In this document: piece after piece, positions 1 through 12,419 of the stretch
Numbering within the stretch: position 1 is the stretch's first letter
Layout of the letters: the number at the start of each line of letters is the position of its first letter
Origin: Octopus sinensis
Lineage: Eukaryota
Direction of reading: 5' to 3'
DNA length: 64,000 nucleotides
Assembly (NCBI RefSeq): GCF_006345805.1
Contig: NC_043000.1
Location: forward strand, 59,954,001 to 60,018,000
Made by a program: the position numbers and the translations under genes
Notes under the pieces: generated by a model
What the model was told of the DNA's origin: nothing
The model's database searches: none
The model's input: the letters and a program-made list of their open reading frames with translations, nothing else

Positions 1-406
1 ATTAATGTTTTTGAATATTTTTCTCCACATTTAATACAATGATGATGCATCCAAAGCTGGCCCATTGCTGGGATTTAAGCAAAAAATTCAAAGTGTCCAT
101 ATGTTAATCTCTGATTTTAAAAAAATCAAAATTCAAAAAAGTTTTAGGATTTGGAGAGGAGGTTTAAAAAAAATTAAGAAAAAAAATTTTTTGTTTCTTT
201 TCATAATCATGAGTTCTTGCATGCAGAACACAAATATTTTCTGAAAATTTCAAAAAATTTAAAATGTTATAAAGGGTTATATGGAGTGCTTAAACCAGAA
301 TCCTACCAAGATTTCTTCCGGAAAAGCTTCATCAAATGCAGGAGTAGCCATTTTCGTCCAATAAAAAAAATCAAAACTCTTATGATAGATTTAAAAGCTT
401 GTGTAC

Positions 407-556
407 CTCATGGTGAGTAAACAATGAAATGCCATTGGGAAATGAAAGTTTAGCCTCATTCTGAATTGAGAGCAGGCTGTTTTCCACTTCAAGTACCAGA
501 AATAAACTTTGAGAAGTATTTATTTTAAGCACCCCTATTAATGTGATACAAGGCAC
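407..556 (-). CDS. Candidate internal exon (phase 0-0, 50 aa VPCITLIGVLKINTSQSLFLVLEVENSLLSIQNEAKLSFPNGISLFTHHE) of an unidentified minus-strand gene
   Basis: Minus-strand acceptor gtattttcttccttgtagttgcag|G and donor GAG|gtacac; 150 nt with only one open frame. No homology recognised. Confidence 0.5.
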
Positions 557-1004
557 CTGCAACTACAAGGAAGAAAATACATGGGCAACAAATTGTGACA
601 ACAGTGATGATAAAGTTGATCATGCCTAGGTCAATATTACTTTTCATCTTTCAAAATCAATAAAATAGTCATGTACTGGAACCATTTTAATCATCTACCC
701 TCCAACTTTGTATCTTTCAATTAATGTGAGATATCAATTATGCATTATTCCCATTTGTCTTATCAGCAAGTTCTACTTTACATGTTTATAGCAGGATTGG
801 TTGCATGGCATTATGCATCTCCTCACTCAAAAATACCTTTCCATGAAGTGTTCTCCATTGATGAATAGCAAAAGCCAATAGCCACATTTGAATCTACCAG
901 AATGTATTAAGACTGAATAAATATATTATTGTTAGGATTTCTGCTGTTCTGCATTCACTCCGTGAATTATTATCTAGTTGGTAGACATGAACACATATCA
1001 ACAA

Positions 1005-1121
1005 ATAATTTGTTAGCTGATTCCTATAAACAACAGCTTATATTTTTGTCAGATCCAGCAAACCAGAGGAGTAGCTTAGACTAACAGATAATTTGTTAGC
1101 TGATTCCTATAAACAACAGCT
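1005..1121. repeat. 34-bp perfect direct repeat, period 83 bp, just upstream of the hammerhead
   Basis: ATAATTTGTTAGCTGATTCCTATAAACAACAGCT at 1005 and 1088. Confidence 0.9.
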
Positions 1122-1152
1122 CATACTCTTGGATTCATCAGAGCAGATGGAT

Positions 1153-1204
1153 AACTTCAACTGAGGAGACACACAGGGTTGAAACACTATGGTGTCTCAA
1201 AGTT
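1153..1204 (+). ncRNA. Decayed type-I hammerhead ribozyme motif (likely PLE pseudo-LTR remnant)
   Basis: AACTTCAA-CTGAGGA-GAC[ACACAGG]GTT-GAAAC-AC[TATG]GTGT-C/TCAAAGTT: intact core CUGANGA/GAAA, 4-bp stem III, GUC cleavage triplet; stem I has two mismatches explicable by CpG decay. Confidence 0.65.
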
Positions 1205-3689
1205 CCCTTACACTGGTGAATTGTACATGTTAGGAACACACAACATCTAAATAAAGGGAGGAGTTGTTCTCCATTACCAAAAGCAACAGCAAATAGATAT
1301 TCACATTTGAATCTTCCAGAATATATTTAAATGAGCTGATACATAATTCTGTGTGTGTCGGGTTGTTTGCAAACTCATAGAATACTAATAATCTTATCGA
1401 TGTTAAAGACAATAGCTGTCAGCAATGCCTGTGCTGAAATTTAAAGTCAATAACAGCTTGCACAACATGATTAAGACTCTAACCTACAGAGCATAGTAGT
1501 TCAGAAACTAGCATAGTAGCAGAAACTGGTTTTGCAATGAGGTAGGTGTTATTTCAGAATTTCCTTCTCTTACAGAGATTTTTAAACAAAGACGAGAGAC
1601 CGCTCACTCTCAGCTGCTGCATGGCCACTGACTCTACTGAGTTCAGGGTGTGCAATGAAAACCATCCTCTTTACCAAGCAGACTTGACAGACTAGGTGGT
1701 TTGCTCACCTACAGCCTGACCATGTAACAGGTTGTACGGGGTTACATATTACAAGTAGTACTAGAAGTAACCTGACATACTACACATACACACACACACA
1801 CAAGCATTTTATATATTACATGTGAAAAGACCAGTTTGATATGAAAATGGTATTGATTCAAAGTCACCTTGCATCTAGTTCAGAAACTACTTTGTTTCTA
1901 ACAAAAACACCTCAATGCATTTAGCTTTATCCAAGTATCAACAACTGTTCAATAATTACCATGTGATTTTACACAAATTAGATTGATATAAAATCAATTT
2001 TTATTAATGGGAGAAGAAAGATATATCTATTTTTTGTATATAGTGATGATTTGAACATTGGAGAAACTTCAAAGAAATTGCAAATTTTCAACTACCATAA
2101 TAATTCTCTTGTTGAAATTAATTATTGAGCACTGAAAATTAGATTTGGAAATCTATTTTTAAAAGTTTACTCATTTAATTACATTAATATAACAGTATTT
2201 TATTAGATAGCTTGAAGAATATGTGTGACAAAAAAATGTGTGTTTACAGGGTGGGTCTATTATTAAAAAGTATTTTTTAAATTTTGAAACCAATTATTAA
2301 AAAAAGTTATTTTTATTAAAATTTAAAAGTGATTTAACTAACAATTTTTGTACTGGAAAACTAAAATAGTTTAGCATTCAATTGATTACTGAGTCTTGAG
2401 GAAGTACTGAAGTTGACTTTTGCTCTAATATGGTTCTGTTTATAATGGATACAGGGTAGTAAAGGCAGCCGGTGGGGGAAGAAAAAGACAGGAGGAGGAA
2501 GGAAAAGAAAAAAGAAAGGGAAAAAGGAGAATAAGAAAGAAAGCTAATTTTAAATGCAATTAACTCTCAGAAGCATCAGTCTTTTTTTAATTATGAAGAA
2601 GTCTTCCTAAAATTCAGAGTTTGTATCTTTAAAAATAAATATCTAAAATATAGATAACAGAGGTAAAAAACAGTTATTGAATATTTCAAATATCCTGTTC
2701 TACAAATACTGCCACTGGTATTGCTTTATGCTTTCTATATTTCTATATTTTAGTGGTTGTTGCTCCTATTTAGCCTGAGGCAAGCTCTGACTAAGTACAC
2801 TTCTAATCAAAAATATTTCAGTCATGACCTTCCATTCATATTTCAAGTAGTGTATCTAACATAGGACTATGTTATCCAAAGTGTCCTTCCATTTTCAAAA
2901 AGGAAATATATGATCTAAGGAAGATTTAGCTGCTAATTCTAGTAAAACAACCATTTAAAGGCTCCTACATCAGTTTTATGAAAAAGAGAATAAAGTGCAT
3001 AGGTATTACAGCCAAATTAACTTGGCACAGCCACTAATTCTCCAACCAATTGTTTAAAACTGGAAATCACTGGCATGATGAGCCAATGAAGGAGATTCTG
3101 CATGGGCTCATGTCCCACTAGAAACAGAAGCCAACTCTTCCTTAAACAACACCATACCATCTTAAACACAAAAAGAACAATTCAGACAATGTTGCTCATG
3201 ATACACTACATGAAAAAAAGAAAACAAAACAGAACAGATATCCATGGCAGGAATACCTTTATTATTGGCTGTTCAGTGAGGCTTGTCTTTGAGCTAAACA
3301 ACAATAACACCATCATTAGTACAAAGAACAAGTGAAATTAAATGAGTTAGCTAAAAATCAAACCTTGAGACTTAGCTTGCCAAGAGTTTAGCACAGCACC
3401 ACTAAAATACTTATATAAGGTGGTAAATTGGCAGAATTATTACAGTTTCAAGTAGAATGCCTTGCAGATTTTGCTTCAGCCTTCTAAACTAAAAGTTCAA
3501 ATACTGCTAAGGTCAGTTTTGCTTGCCATTTCTTTGGGGCTGATAAATAAAGTATCAGTCTAATACTGGAGTGATAAACCCAGCGACATTGAACTGCTCA
3601 AGATACACTGTATATCATGATGGTGCTCTTATGATTCCATCAGAAGTTGAAGACTCACAGAAGGTAGAAGAAAGCAAACTCTTAGACTA

Positions 3690-3785
3690 TAGATGAAGAC
3701 GTTACCCTAAAACTAAGCACATTATCCAATCCTTTCTTCCCCACATCATCAACCTTCTGGAACTCCTTCCCTGCCAATATGAAAA
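3690..3785 (+). mobile_element. Degenerate CR1/L2-group LINE 3' ORF2 remnant
   Basis: Translates LSNPFFPTSSTFWNSFPA, matching the SNSFFPRTxxLWNSLP motif typical of CR1-group C-termini. Confidence 0.55.
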
Positions 3786-4543
3786 AATAATTTTTCTTTT
3801 TAATCCTTTAGAGTAAGAAGAGCAATATTATGGTCCTCTTCAGGAACTCCAAGACTGAAGAGAGAGGCAAGCAGTTATTCATTAAGTAGGTATCTAGTTT
3901 GAATACTTGCAACAGACCAGATTCTACTAAAAACACCCAAGGACTAGGAAGGTATTATAACCAAGCAACATAAGACTCTCACCCAAAAATACAGGAGTCC
4001 CTCCAATGGGATTCCACAATTCCACAGATTTTTCCATTTGGTAAATTTCATTCACAAGATTGACTCAAAAATATGAGAGAAGAAACTGGACCAAGATGTT
4101 GCACAACAGGATCAAAACTCCAAATCATGTAGTTATGAAGTGAACTTCTTAACCCTACAACCAAGACTGACTAATCATCAACTGCATCAAATTCGCCAGT
4201 TTAGAAGCTATGAGCAATAGTTACCTTTTGTCAACTTGTTTAAACTAAAATAAAAATATTTTTAAAAACTATTACACTATCCACATTCTTCTCAGGAAAA
4301 TAAACACAGAGAAATAGATATATGAGAGAACTCTAATATAATTATTTTACATAAAAAGAAAAAACCAAAAACCAAAAAAAAAAAAAACTGACAGTTATTC
4401 AGAACATAATTCAGACTAAACTTTTATCTCAGCAAATCCTAACTTAACATTTATTTATTTTACCCTGCTACCATTAGGAAATGTATGCATTTCTCTACAA
4501 TGATATGGACTGCTTGGGCAATTGTAAAAATAAACTGTACTAC

Positions 4544-4585
4544 CTGACATCGAAGATGCTTTCTCTTTGAGGATGCACCCTAATT
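4544..4585 (-). CDS. Candidate exon (42 nt, phase 1-1, (E)LGCILKEKASSMS)
   Basis: Acceptor ttttgaaatttttatttgtcag|, donor CAG|gtagta; phase matches the 4843-4925 candidate. Confidence 0.4.
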
Positions 4586-4842
4586 CTGACAAATAAAAAT
4601 TTCAAAAAGGAAATAATAAACATAAAAATAAGGTCCTGGTATTTCGGGTCTTGTTACCTTTATAGATGCAATGTGAAAAAAAATCACTGTAACCTCCAGC
4701 ATGCCACTTAAAATGTTCCTAGCATTTATTTGGCTGTTCATCTCACACTTATTTGCACTATCCCTTTACATTGACTGTCTCCCATTGTGATCCCACTCTT
4801 GTGTCTGTAAAACTAACAAAAGGCAGCACTCACCTACCTTAC

Positions 4843-4925
4843 CAATTTGTTTTGTGGGACCATCAGTACAGAGACATGGTATGGTAAGTATACTCTCAAA
4901 ATTTATGCCTACTGTTATGTATTCA
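4843..4925 (-). CDS. Candidate exon (83 nt, phase 2-1, EYITVGINFESILTIPCLCTDGPTKQI)
   Basis: Acceptor gtttgaattttacag|, donor TTG|gtaagg; single open frame. Confidence 0.45.
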
Positions 4926-6660
4926 CTGTAAAATTCAAACTACACGACACGGAAGGGATTCAGAGGGGGAGGATAGGGGGATGCCTCTCCCCATCATTAC
5001 CATCACCAACCAAGAAACATCTCAAATTTGACTGTTTTGCTTAAATATGTATGATGGAAAGCATATTTTTGCACCAGCAACAAATAACCCTTGAAGGGTT
5101 CATTATAAAAATTAATTTTTTCAGTATCTCTGAACATATACTATCATTTCATTGATCTTGCAGTCATATACAGGGGTTCAGATTACTGTCTAGCATAGAT
5201 AATTTTCCTCTGAGGTTAGGATATGCCTATGAAAAATGTAGCCTTTGGCCTCCAGGATGCATGGTAGATTTTCAAGACTTATTTTAGGAAAAAAGTAGCA
5301 TCTTCAATACCAGGAAATATGGTACTTACCTTACAATTCCCAAGAGAAACATCACTAGACAATGGTAACATCATAATCTTCAGTTAATAATCATAGAAAC
5401 TGCTGATTAAATAATCACCCAAAAACATTGGGACTATCATATCCAGAGCATATAAACATAACAACCATATTTACAGATTTAACTATATTTTGAATTGGTA
5501 AATTCAATAAGCAAATCAGTAATTTCCTCTCATTTCTTCATAAACAATAAGACTTCATTAAACTTGAAACTATGCCTTTTTGACTGGCAACATAAAGTCT
5601 TTGAATATATTATGATGTCAGAATATATATATGGATCACATGACATCAACATTAAGAGGAGATAATCAAAACTATTGTACAAAATGCAGGAGACAAAAAA
5701 AATTAGAATTTAAAAAAATATAAAATATGCAATAGTACGCAAAAATACAAATTTTGTTTCCTCTGTTTCTGAGTTAATAAATGGAAATGTTTTGGATGTT
5801 TTACAATTTCTATACAGATTCTTTAGAGTGTTGGCCAAAATACTTTACTGTGTTTGTTCTGGCTCATTGGAGTCTGATTTCAATTTCTGCTGTGGTCAAC
5901 TTTGCTTCTCATCCTCCAATAAAATTAAGTACCAGGCAAATACTAGAGTCGATATAATCAAACGCTTCCTTTTCGCAAAAAATTCAAGGCTTTGTGTCTA
6001 TATAAGAAATCCGTATTAAAGTAAAGAGTAGCTGGTTTCTTGGCCTAACAAGAAACTATTGACAAACAAATCAAAAACTCAGTTTTGATTTCTAAACAGA
6101 GTTCCTTCAACTTGCATTTCTGGTATTTTAAGGAAAGCATGAATATTGCAACTTCCAATTTAGAAAGAACTATATTTTTAGTCGACCTAGTTATCAAGTA
6201 AATACAGCTTGTCAGAACACCAGAGAAGATTTATCTCTTATCCTCTTCTTCACTGTGCCACAAATCTAAAGCTATGTACTGTCTTCTTGGAACTTGAGAA
6301 ACATTTAATTTTATGGTTTTACATCCATTTTTCTCTTACATAATCACTCGGTTCATTCAAGAATTTTACACCAGAAGTTTCTAAAACCCAGATTACTCAA
6401 TAAAGGTACCTTTATGTGGTCACTTGACCTGCAAGATATAGCAGCCAAATCCCCATTAAATTAGCCTTTACAATTAGACAATGTGATCTTCGATGCAGTG
6501 TATCCCAAAAAAAAGGGTAACTGTCTTTGACCACAATCCGACTTGACATGAGACAAACAACATCTCAACTATGAAGATAAAAATGCATCTAATGATAAAA
6601 TGCAAGAATAAAATATTATTTCCATCTGTGATGACAGAAACTAAAACAATAATAATAATA

Positions 6661-7106
6661 AGTTAGAAAGTAATAAACTAGATATTACAATCATAGATAA
6701 AGAAAAGCGATGTTGCTTACTTATTGACCCATCATGCCCATTTGATTCCAGGATCATAAAGAAAGAGGAAGGAAAAAAAAAGAAAATACAATTCCTTAAA
6801 GTTTGAAATAGGAAGAATTTGGAGCATGCAAACAGTAAAATTTGTGACTATAATAATTGATGTGTTGGGAACAGTAAGCCAAGATATAGACAAATGGCTG
6901 AAAGAGATTGAAATAGAATGCCCAGTAGAACTCCTACAGAAAGTTTGCCTTTTAGTGACAGCAAGGATTATCAGAAAAGTTCTAAGCACTTAAAAGACTT
7001 CCAAAAACATGTGGATACCTAAGGTTACAGATAGTCACCTGCTACCCAAATAAATCCTACCAGGAATAAGACTAAACCTGAGTTTTGCTTCCATGATAAT
7101 AATAAG
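6661..7106 (+). mobile_element. 5'-truncated R4/Dong-clade non-LTR retrotransposon (REL endonuclease C-terminus + 3' UTR)
   Basis: NKLDITIIDKEKRCCLLIDPSCPFDSRIIKKEE, then after a frameshift KYNSLKFEIGRIWSMQTVKFVTIIIDVLGTVSQDIDKWLKEIEIECPVELLQKVCLLVTARIIRKVL; flanked by (AAT)n on both sides. Confidence 0.85.
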
Positions 7107-7197
7107 CTCAGTCAATTCTAGAAGCAGACATTAAAGTTGCATTCTTTATGTTAATAGTCCAATAGCCTAAGCATTCTGTTTGTGTCTGTATGACATT

Positions 7198-7570
7198 GTG
7201 GCACTCCATCGATTATGACGACAAGGGTTCCAGTTGATCTAATCAACAGAACAGCCCGCTCATGAAATTAACATGCATGTGGCTGAGCACTCCACAGACA
7301 CATGTACCCTTAAAGTAGTTCTCAGGGAGATTCAGCATGACACAGAATGTGACAAGGCGGGCCCTTTGAAATACAGGTACAACAGAAACAGGAAGAAAGA
7401 ATGAGAGAAGGTTGTGGTAAAAGAGTACAGCAGGGTTGGCTATCACCCCCTGCCAGAGCCTTGTGGAGCTTTTTAGGTGTTTTTGCTCATTAAACACTCA
7501 CAACACCTGGTCTGAGAATTAAAACTGCAACCACGAGTCTGCTGCCCTAACTACTGGGCCATTGCACCTC
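7198..7570 (-). mobile_element. tRNA-derived SINE, family D
   Basis: Reverse complement of the 26561-26935 element (A-box TGGCCCAGTAGTTAG, same body and tail). Confidence 0.85.
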
Positions 7571-8959
7571 CACCTGTATGACAACTCTATAAGTAAAACA
7601 GCTAAAAGATGAAACTCATGATATATTAGTTGGGTAGAGTCTTAATTCTTATCGAGTTTCTGTCATATTAAAATTTCTGTCTCTTACCAATTTGATAAAG
7701 GCTTCTATACCTCTTCATTCTTGTATTCAGCTCAGCACTTCAATACACACAGCAATTAATCTTTCATCATAGATAAGATATAGTAACAGTTCAGTTGATA
7801 GTGAGATATTTACATTATTAATTAGATATTTCCAGCCTCCTGAAATGCCAGATTTTCAAAATTTTGTTAAGCCACACTCATTAAAGTAGGTTCTGAATAG
7901 AAAGAACCTAAAGAATCTAATATGCAGACTGTTGGCTCCGTAATTTAAACAAGTCAAAGTATCATATATATACAACCAGAACATTATTTTCTAAATTTAG
8001 ATGTGGATGTTCCTTTCACAAAGGAAAAAAAATCAAAGATGTACAAAATATACTGGAAAAACACAATAAAACGAAAATATTGAGGAAACAGTTTAAATAC
8101 AATTTCTTAAATGATATAACACAAAAAATAATTTTAAAAAGTTTATTATTTTTTTTCAAGGAAAATTATAATGCTATTTCTAAATTTCAGCTAGATCTTG
8201 TTTCAACTTCAATTACACATTATGCTGAAAACAAAAATGCATTACTTTGATATTAAGGGAATATTCTCTTTAATGATTCAAGCCCTTTACAATGTTTTTC
8301 TCTCTTTTTCTTCATTTTCATAACAAAAATTAGAACTCCAAAGCTACCAAGTTTCTATAGTCAATTGTTTCTATCAACTGAATATGAGAAAAATATATTG
8401 CCTGTGTTATATTCCACTCAGGTAATTATTGATACATCATTGTATTTAAGGCAACACTTCAAAGATATCATTAAATTTTCTGAATACATTGACTTAATGT
8501 CATATCATCACCTGAAGTAAGCTTTCAGTGATATTTATTTTATTAGTGATTGAAATCCTTTATTTTATGTCGCTTTAATTATCTACTGTACTCAGCTTAC
8601 ACACACACACACACACACAAGTACACATATACATACATGCAATGAATAAAAGCTTTAACCTGGTTACAACATTCTTGGAGGATATAATAATGAAATTTGG
8701 GCAAGATAAATGTTCCTATATGATTGTGAAATAAGGGAGAATTGTAAATCAGATGAGCAGCATTTCCATCTGTACATACATATCCAACAATGAAATTTAC
8801 AGAAAAAATACTGGTTTACAATTAAAAAGGATAATCAGAACCAGTTTAAATGATTGAGTGGAGTAAGTGACAAAATTCAAGTAAACAAATGAATCTATTA
8901 AAAACAACTAGAAATATATACAAAGACAAGTGTACATTACAAAGGTTCATGTGAAAAGA

Positions 8960-9545
8960 GCTGGTACTTATTTTATTGACTCCAAAAGGGTGAAAGGCAA
9001 AGTCAACCTCAGTAGAATTTGAAGTCAGAGCATAAAGATGGATGAAATGCTGCTAAGCATTCTGCGCAATATACTAACCATTCTACCAGCTTGCCACCTT
9101 AACTCATAATGAACATATTATAGATAGAACACTGAAATGATATTACATTAAACAAAACAAATTATACAAATAAATAAATAAAAATCAAAGCTTTAGCATT
9201 CAAACACAATTTTACATTATAAAATGTCATGCCTTAAGAACATAGATGTACATCTGGTGGTGTATTTAGAAACTTGCATAAAATATAGTTAGAAACATTA
9301 TGATAATGATTTATTTCATTTTACTTTATTTCTAATAATAATAATAGTAATCTTTTCTACTACAGGCACAAGGCTTGATATTTGGGGAGGGGACTAGCTG
9401 ATTACATTGACCTCAGTGTTTCACTGGTCCAAAAGGATCACAGGCAAAGTCAGCCTTGGTGGAATTTGAACTCAGAATATACAGGCGAATGAAATGCTGT
9501 TAAGCATTTCGCCCTCTGTGCTAACGATTCTACCAGCTTGCCACC
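8960..9545 (-). mobile_element. Two tRNA-derived SINE family B copies (approx. 8960-9105 and 9350-9545)
   Basis: Reverse complement of GGTGAGCTGGCAGAATCGTTAGC...GAGTTCAAATTCC...TTGCCTTTCATCCTTT; same family recurs more than 10 times in the window. Confidence 0.8.
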
Positions 9546-11327
9546 TTCTCCTTTATAATAATAACAGACAAACCACCCATTGTTGGTGGACTCTGTGCTT
9601 AAGTCAGTTGGTTTAGATCCAGACTTGAGCATTCATAAACTGAAAATCTTAGCAATATTAGTTTTAATACTAAATATTTTCTTGGCTATGCATTGACATG
9701 TGTGTGTGTGTGCACATTTTAACAACTATGATAATAGTCTGCTGAAATTTGCTATGTCTCACTTCTTGGATATTATCATGAGACCAAAATTTGGAAGTTA
9801 CTACATACTTGCACACCAAAATGTAATATGTGATAAATCATTCAGAAAGTGTGAGTGTTTGTGTGTGTGTGTGTGATGGGTTCTGTGGATTTTCTGTCTA
9901 ATGCTGAAAACTATTCTCAGTTGAGTAAAGTATTCTTGTTTAAGTCACTGCTGGTTCATGTAAATACTGAATGGCTAATTTGATATAGCCACAGGATTTA
10001 TTCTGGCTTTGTTTACCCAAATGTCATTGCTTTTCCAGATGGTCTTACTAACAAGATCTAAAAAATATTGTATTTCTCTATTATCTGAAAGATAGCTATA
10101 GAGATTTATGATAGATGAGAGATAATTGAAAGCTTTTGGATAGTTTCTCTTATATGTATATATACTTGATTCATTGCTTTTTTATAAATCTGAACATTTT
10201 TGCTCTTTTCACATGAACCTTTGTAATGTACACTTGTCTTAGTATATATTTCTAGTTGTTTTTAATAGACTCATTTGTTTACTTGAATTTTTGTCAGCTA
10301 TTCCACTAAATCATTTAAATTGGTTCTGATTATCCTTTTTAATTGTAAACCCCAAACTTGCTAAACCTGTGCCAAAATTTGAAACCAATATGTGCAATAT
10401 AAGTTGTTGTTGTTTTGTTTTTTTTTGAAGTTCCTGTTTTTGCCGAGTGGTGATTATGTTTTTTATGTGTAATGTAAGTTGTAGCATGTGTTTTAGTGTC
10501 AGTTGGTAATTGCACAGACTATGGCCTGTGTGATTTTGTGTCATATCATTGAGTGACAATTGAACAGAATGTGGGTTGTATAAGATTAACTTTGAGTGCC
10601 TCAGACCAATGAAGCCTCTAGGCAACTGCTAAGTGTGCCCTTGTGTACGAGTTGGCAGTGTGTACGAGTTGTGTTATATTATTCTGTAGCAGATTTTGGA
10701 GAGTGGATCTTATCACATATTGCTTATCATAAACTGGAACGCATTACTAAAAGAATAATTTCACAAATATTGCATATAGTACAGAGTGCATCATACATTA
10801 CACTAAACAAATCATAAAAAATATATTGGAGTTGAATCTAAATATTATATTACATAATTTTAATACTAAGCCATTATGTTTTGAGTACACCATACAAAAA
10901 TGTCACAGAAGACCATTGTAGGTGGTCTTTATGCCTATGTAGAGTATGCATTGAATGAGTAATTTTATTGGGCGAAGATTGTATGAAAGTGTGTGCTGTG
11001 TGTGTTGTACAAAGAGTGTAACGTGTTGGCTCTCATATTGAACTAAAAGTGTCCTACAGACGACATAGATGGTGGTGGCAGCACTGTTGTTGTCATCAGT
11101 ACTTCAGTTAAAAAAAGTCTAGAGACTAATTTTTGTTCAGGCAACACTAAATTGCTAAAAAATTAAGTCATACCTATTGCTAAAATTGCAACTCTTAGAA
11201 ACTGTCTCAGCTCTCGTACTTATTTTATTCTTTCTTTAACTTGAAAACATCCATTAGCTTTTGAAACAACCTTGAAATTTGGGGAATGGTGAGAAATAGT
11301 AATGTTAAAATTCATTACCATCATTAC

Positions 11328-11459
11328 CTGATTCTGATGCCATCTATCATTGTACACCAAAAATTTGTATTCACACTCACAACCAACAGTATCAACTTAA
11401 TGTTATTGAAATGAATTTTTTTGATGTCTAGTTTGCTGCTTTGCATTAACATTTTCCTT
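11328..11459 (-). CDS. Candidate exon (132 nt, phase 2-2, RKMLMQSSKLDIKKIHFNNIKLILLVVSVNTNFWCTMIDGIRI)
   Basis: Acceptor tatgtagcttctttatag|, donor CAG|gtaatg; phase compatible with 4843-4925. Confidence 0.35.
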
Positions 11460-12027
11460 CTATAAAGAAGCTACATATTTCAATAAACCTTAAATATTTA
11501 AATTCAATCAAATCTACTCCTTATTGAAATGAGGAAAGGTCATACAACTTATATGCCATTAAATAGAGTAACTTATAAAAAGTCTTGAGTCTTCAGCATA
11601 TGATAAAACACGGAAATTTAGCAATAGAATCCTGATCTCAATAGAAAAAAAGCAAAGAAGAAAAGGAGTAAAACTTTGATTTTATTAAAATCAGTAGTGG
11701 CATTTCATTAGCGATGTGTCAACTCACTCTTGTGCTATGTCATAGAAAAATTCATTTAGGTTCAAATTCTGAAGAGCTCTCATTTAGCATGTTAAAGCTT
11801 TTCAAAAGATAATATTCACCATAACACATTTTTGTATTTATTGGAGTAAAAAAGTGAGGCTTGAATACAAAACAAATTTTACTACTGGATTCAGGACAGA
11901 ATTGATTTTCAACAAAATTAGATATTTTACATATGGCCTCAGCATCATGATTATAGAAGAAAATGAGAATCTGTGATATGCACACTTTTCTTAGGTACTA
12001 AAGAATTTGTGATATTCTCTCTCTCTC

Positions 12028-12419
12028 TTTTACTCTTTTACTTGTTTCAGTCATCTGACCGCGGCCATGCTGGAGCACCACCTTTAATCGAGCAACTCAA
12101 CCCCGGGACTTATACTTTTGTAAGCCCAGTACTTATTCTATCGGTCTCTTTTGCCGAACCGCTAAGTAACGGGGACATAAACACACCAGCATCGGTTGTC
12201 AAGCAATGCTAGGGGGACAAACACACACACGCATATATATATATATACATATATACGACAGGCTTCTTTCAGTTTCCGTCTACCAAATCCACTCACAAGG
12301 CTTTGGCCAGCCCGAGGCTGTAGTAGAAGACACTTGCCCAAGGTGCCATGCAGTGGGACTGAACCCAGAACCATGTGGTTGGTAAACAAGCTACTTACCA
12401 CACAGCCACTCCTGCACCT
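12028..12419 (-). mobile_element. tRNA-derived SINE, family A (near full length, CpG-rich, young)
   Basis: Minus-strand head AGGTGCAGGAGTGGCTGTGTGGTAAG...GGTTCAGTCCC...CCTTGGGCAAG, internal (TA/CA)n, tail ...GACTGAAACAAGTAAAAGAGTAAA; near-identical copy at 19623-19961. Confidence 0.9.

Noticed and set aside
11752-11985. 77-aa minus ORF with a downstream gtgagt donor
   Set aside because: Two in-frame TGA stops lie before the donor; cannot be placed as a coding exon.
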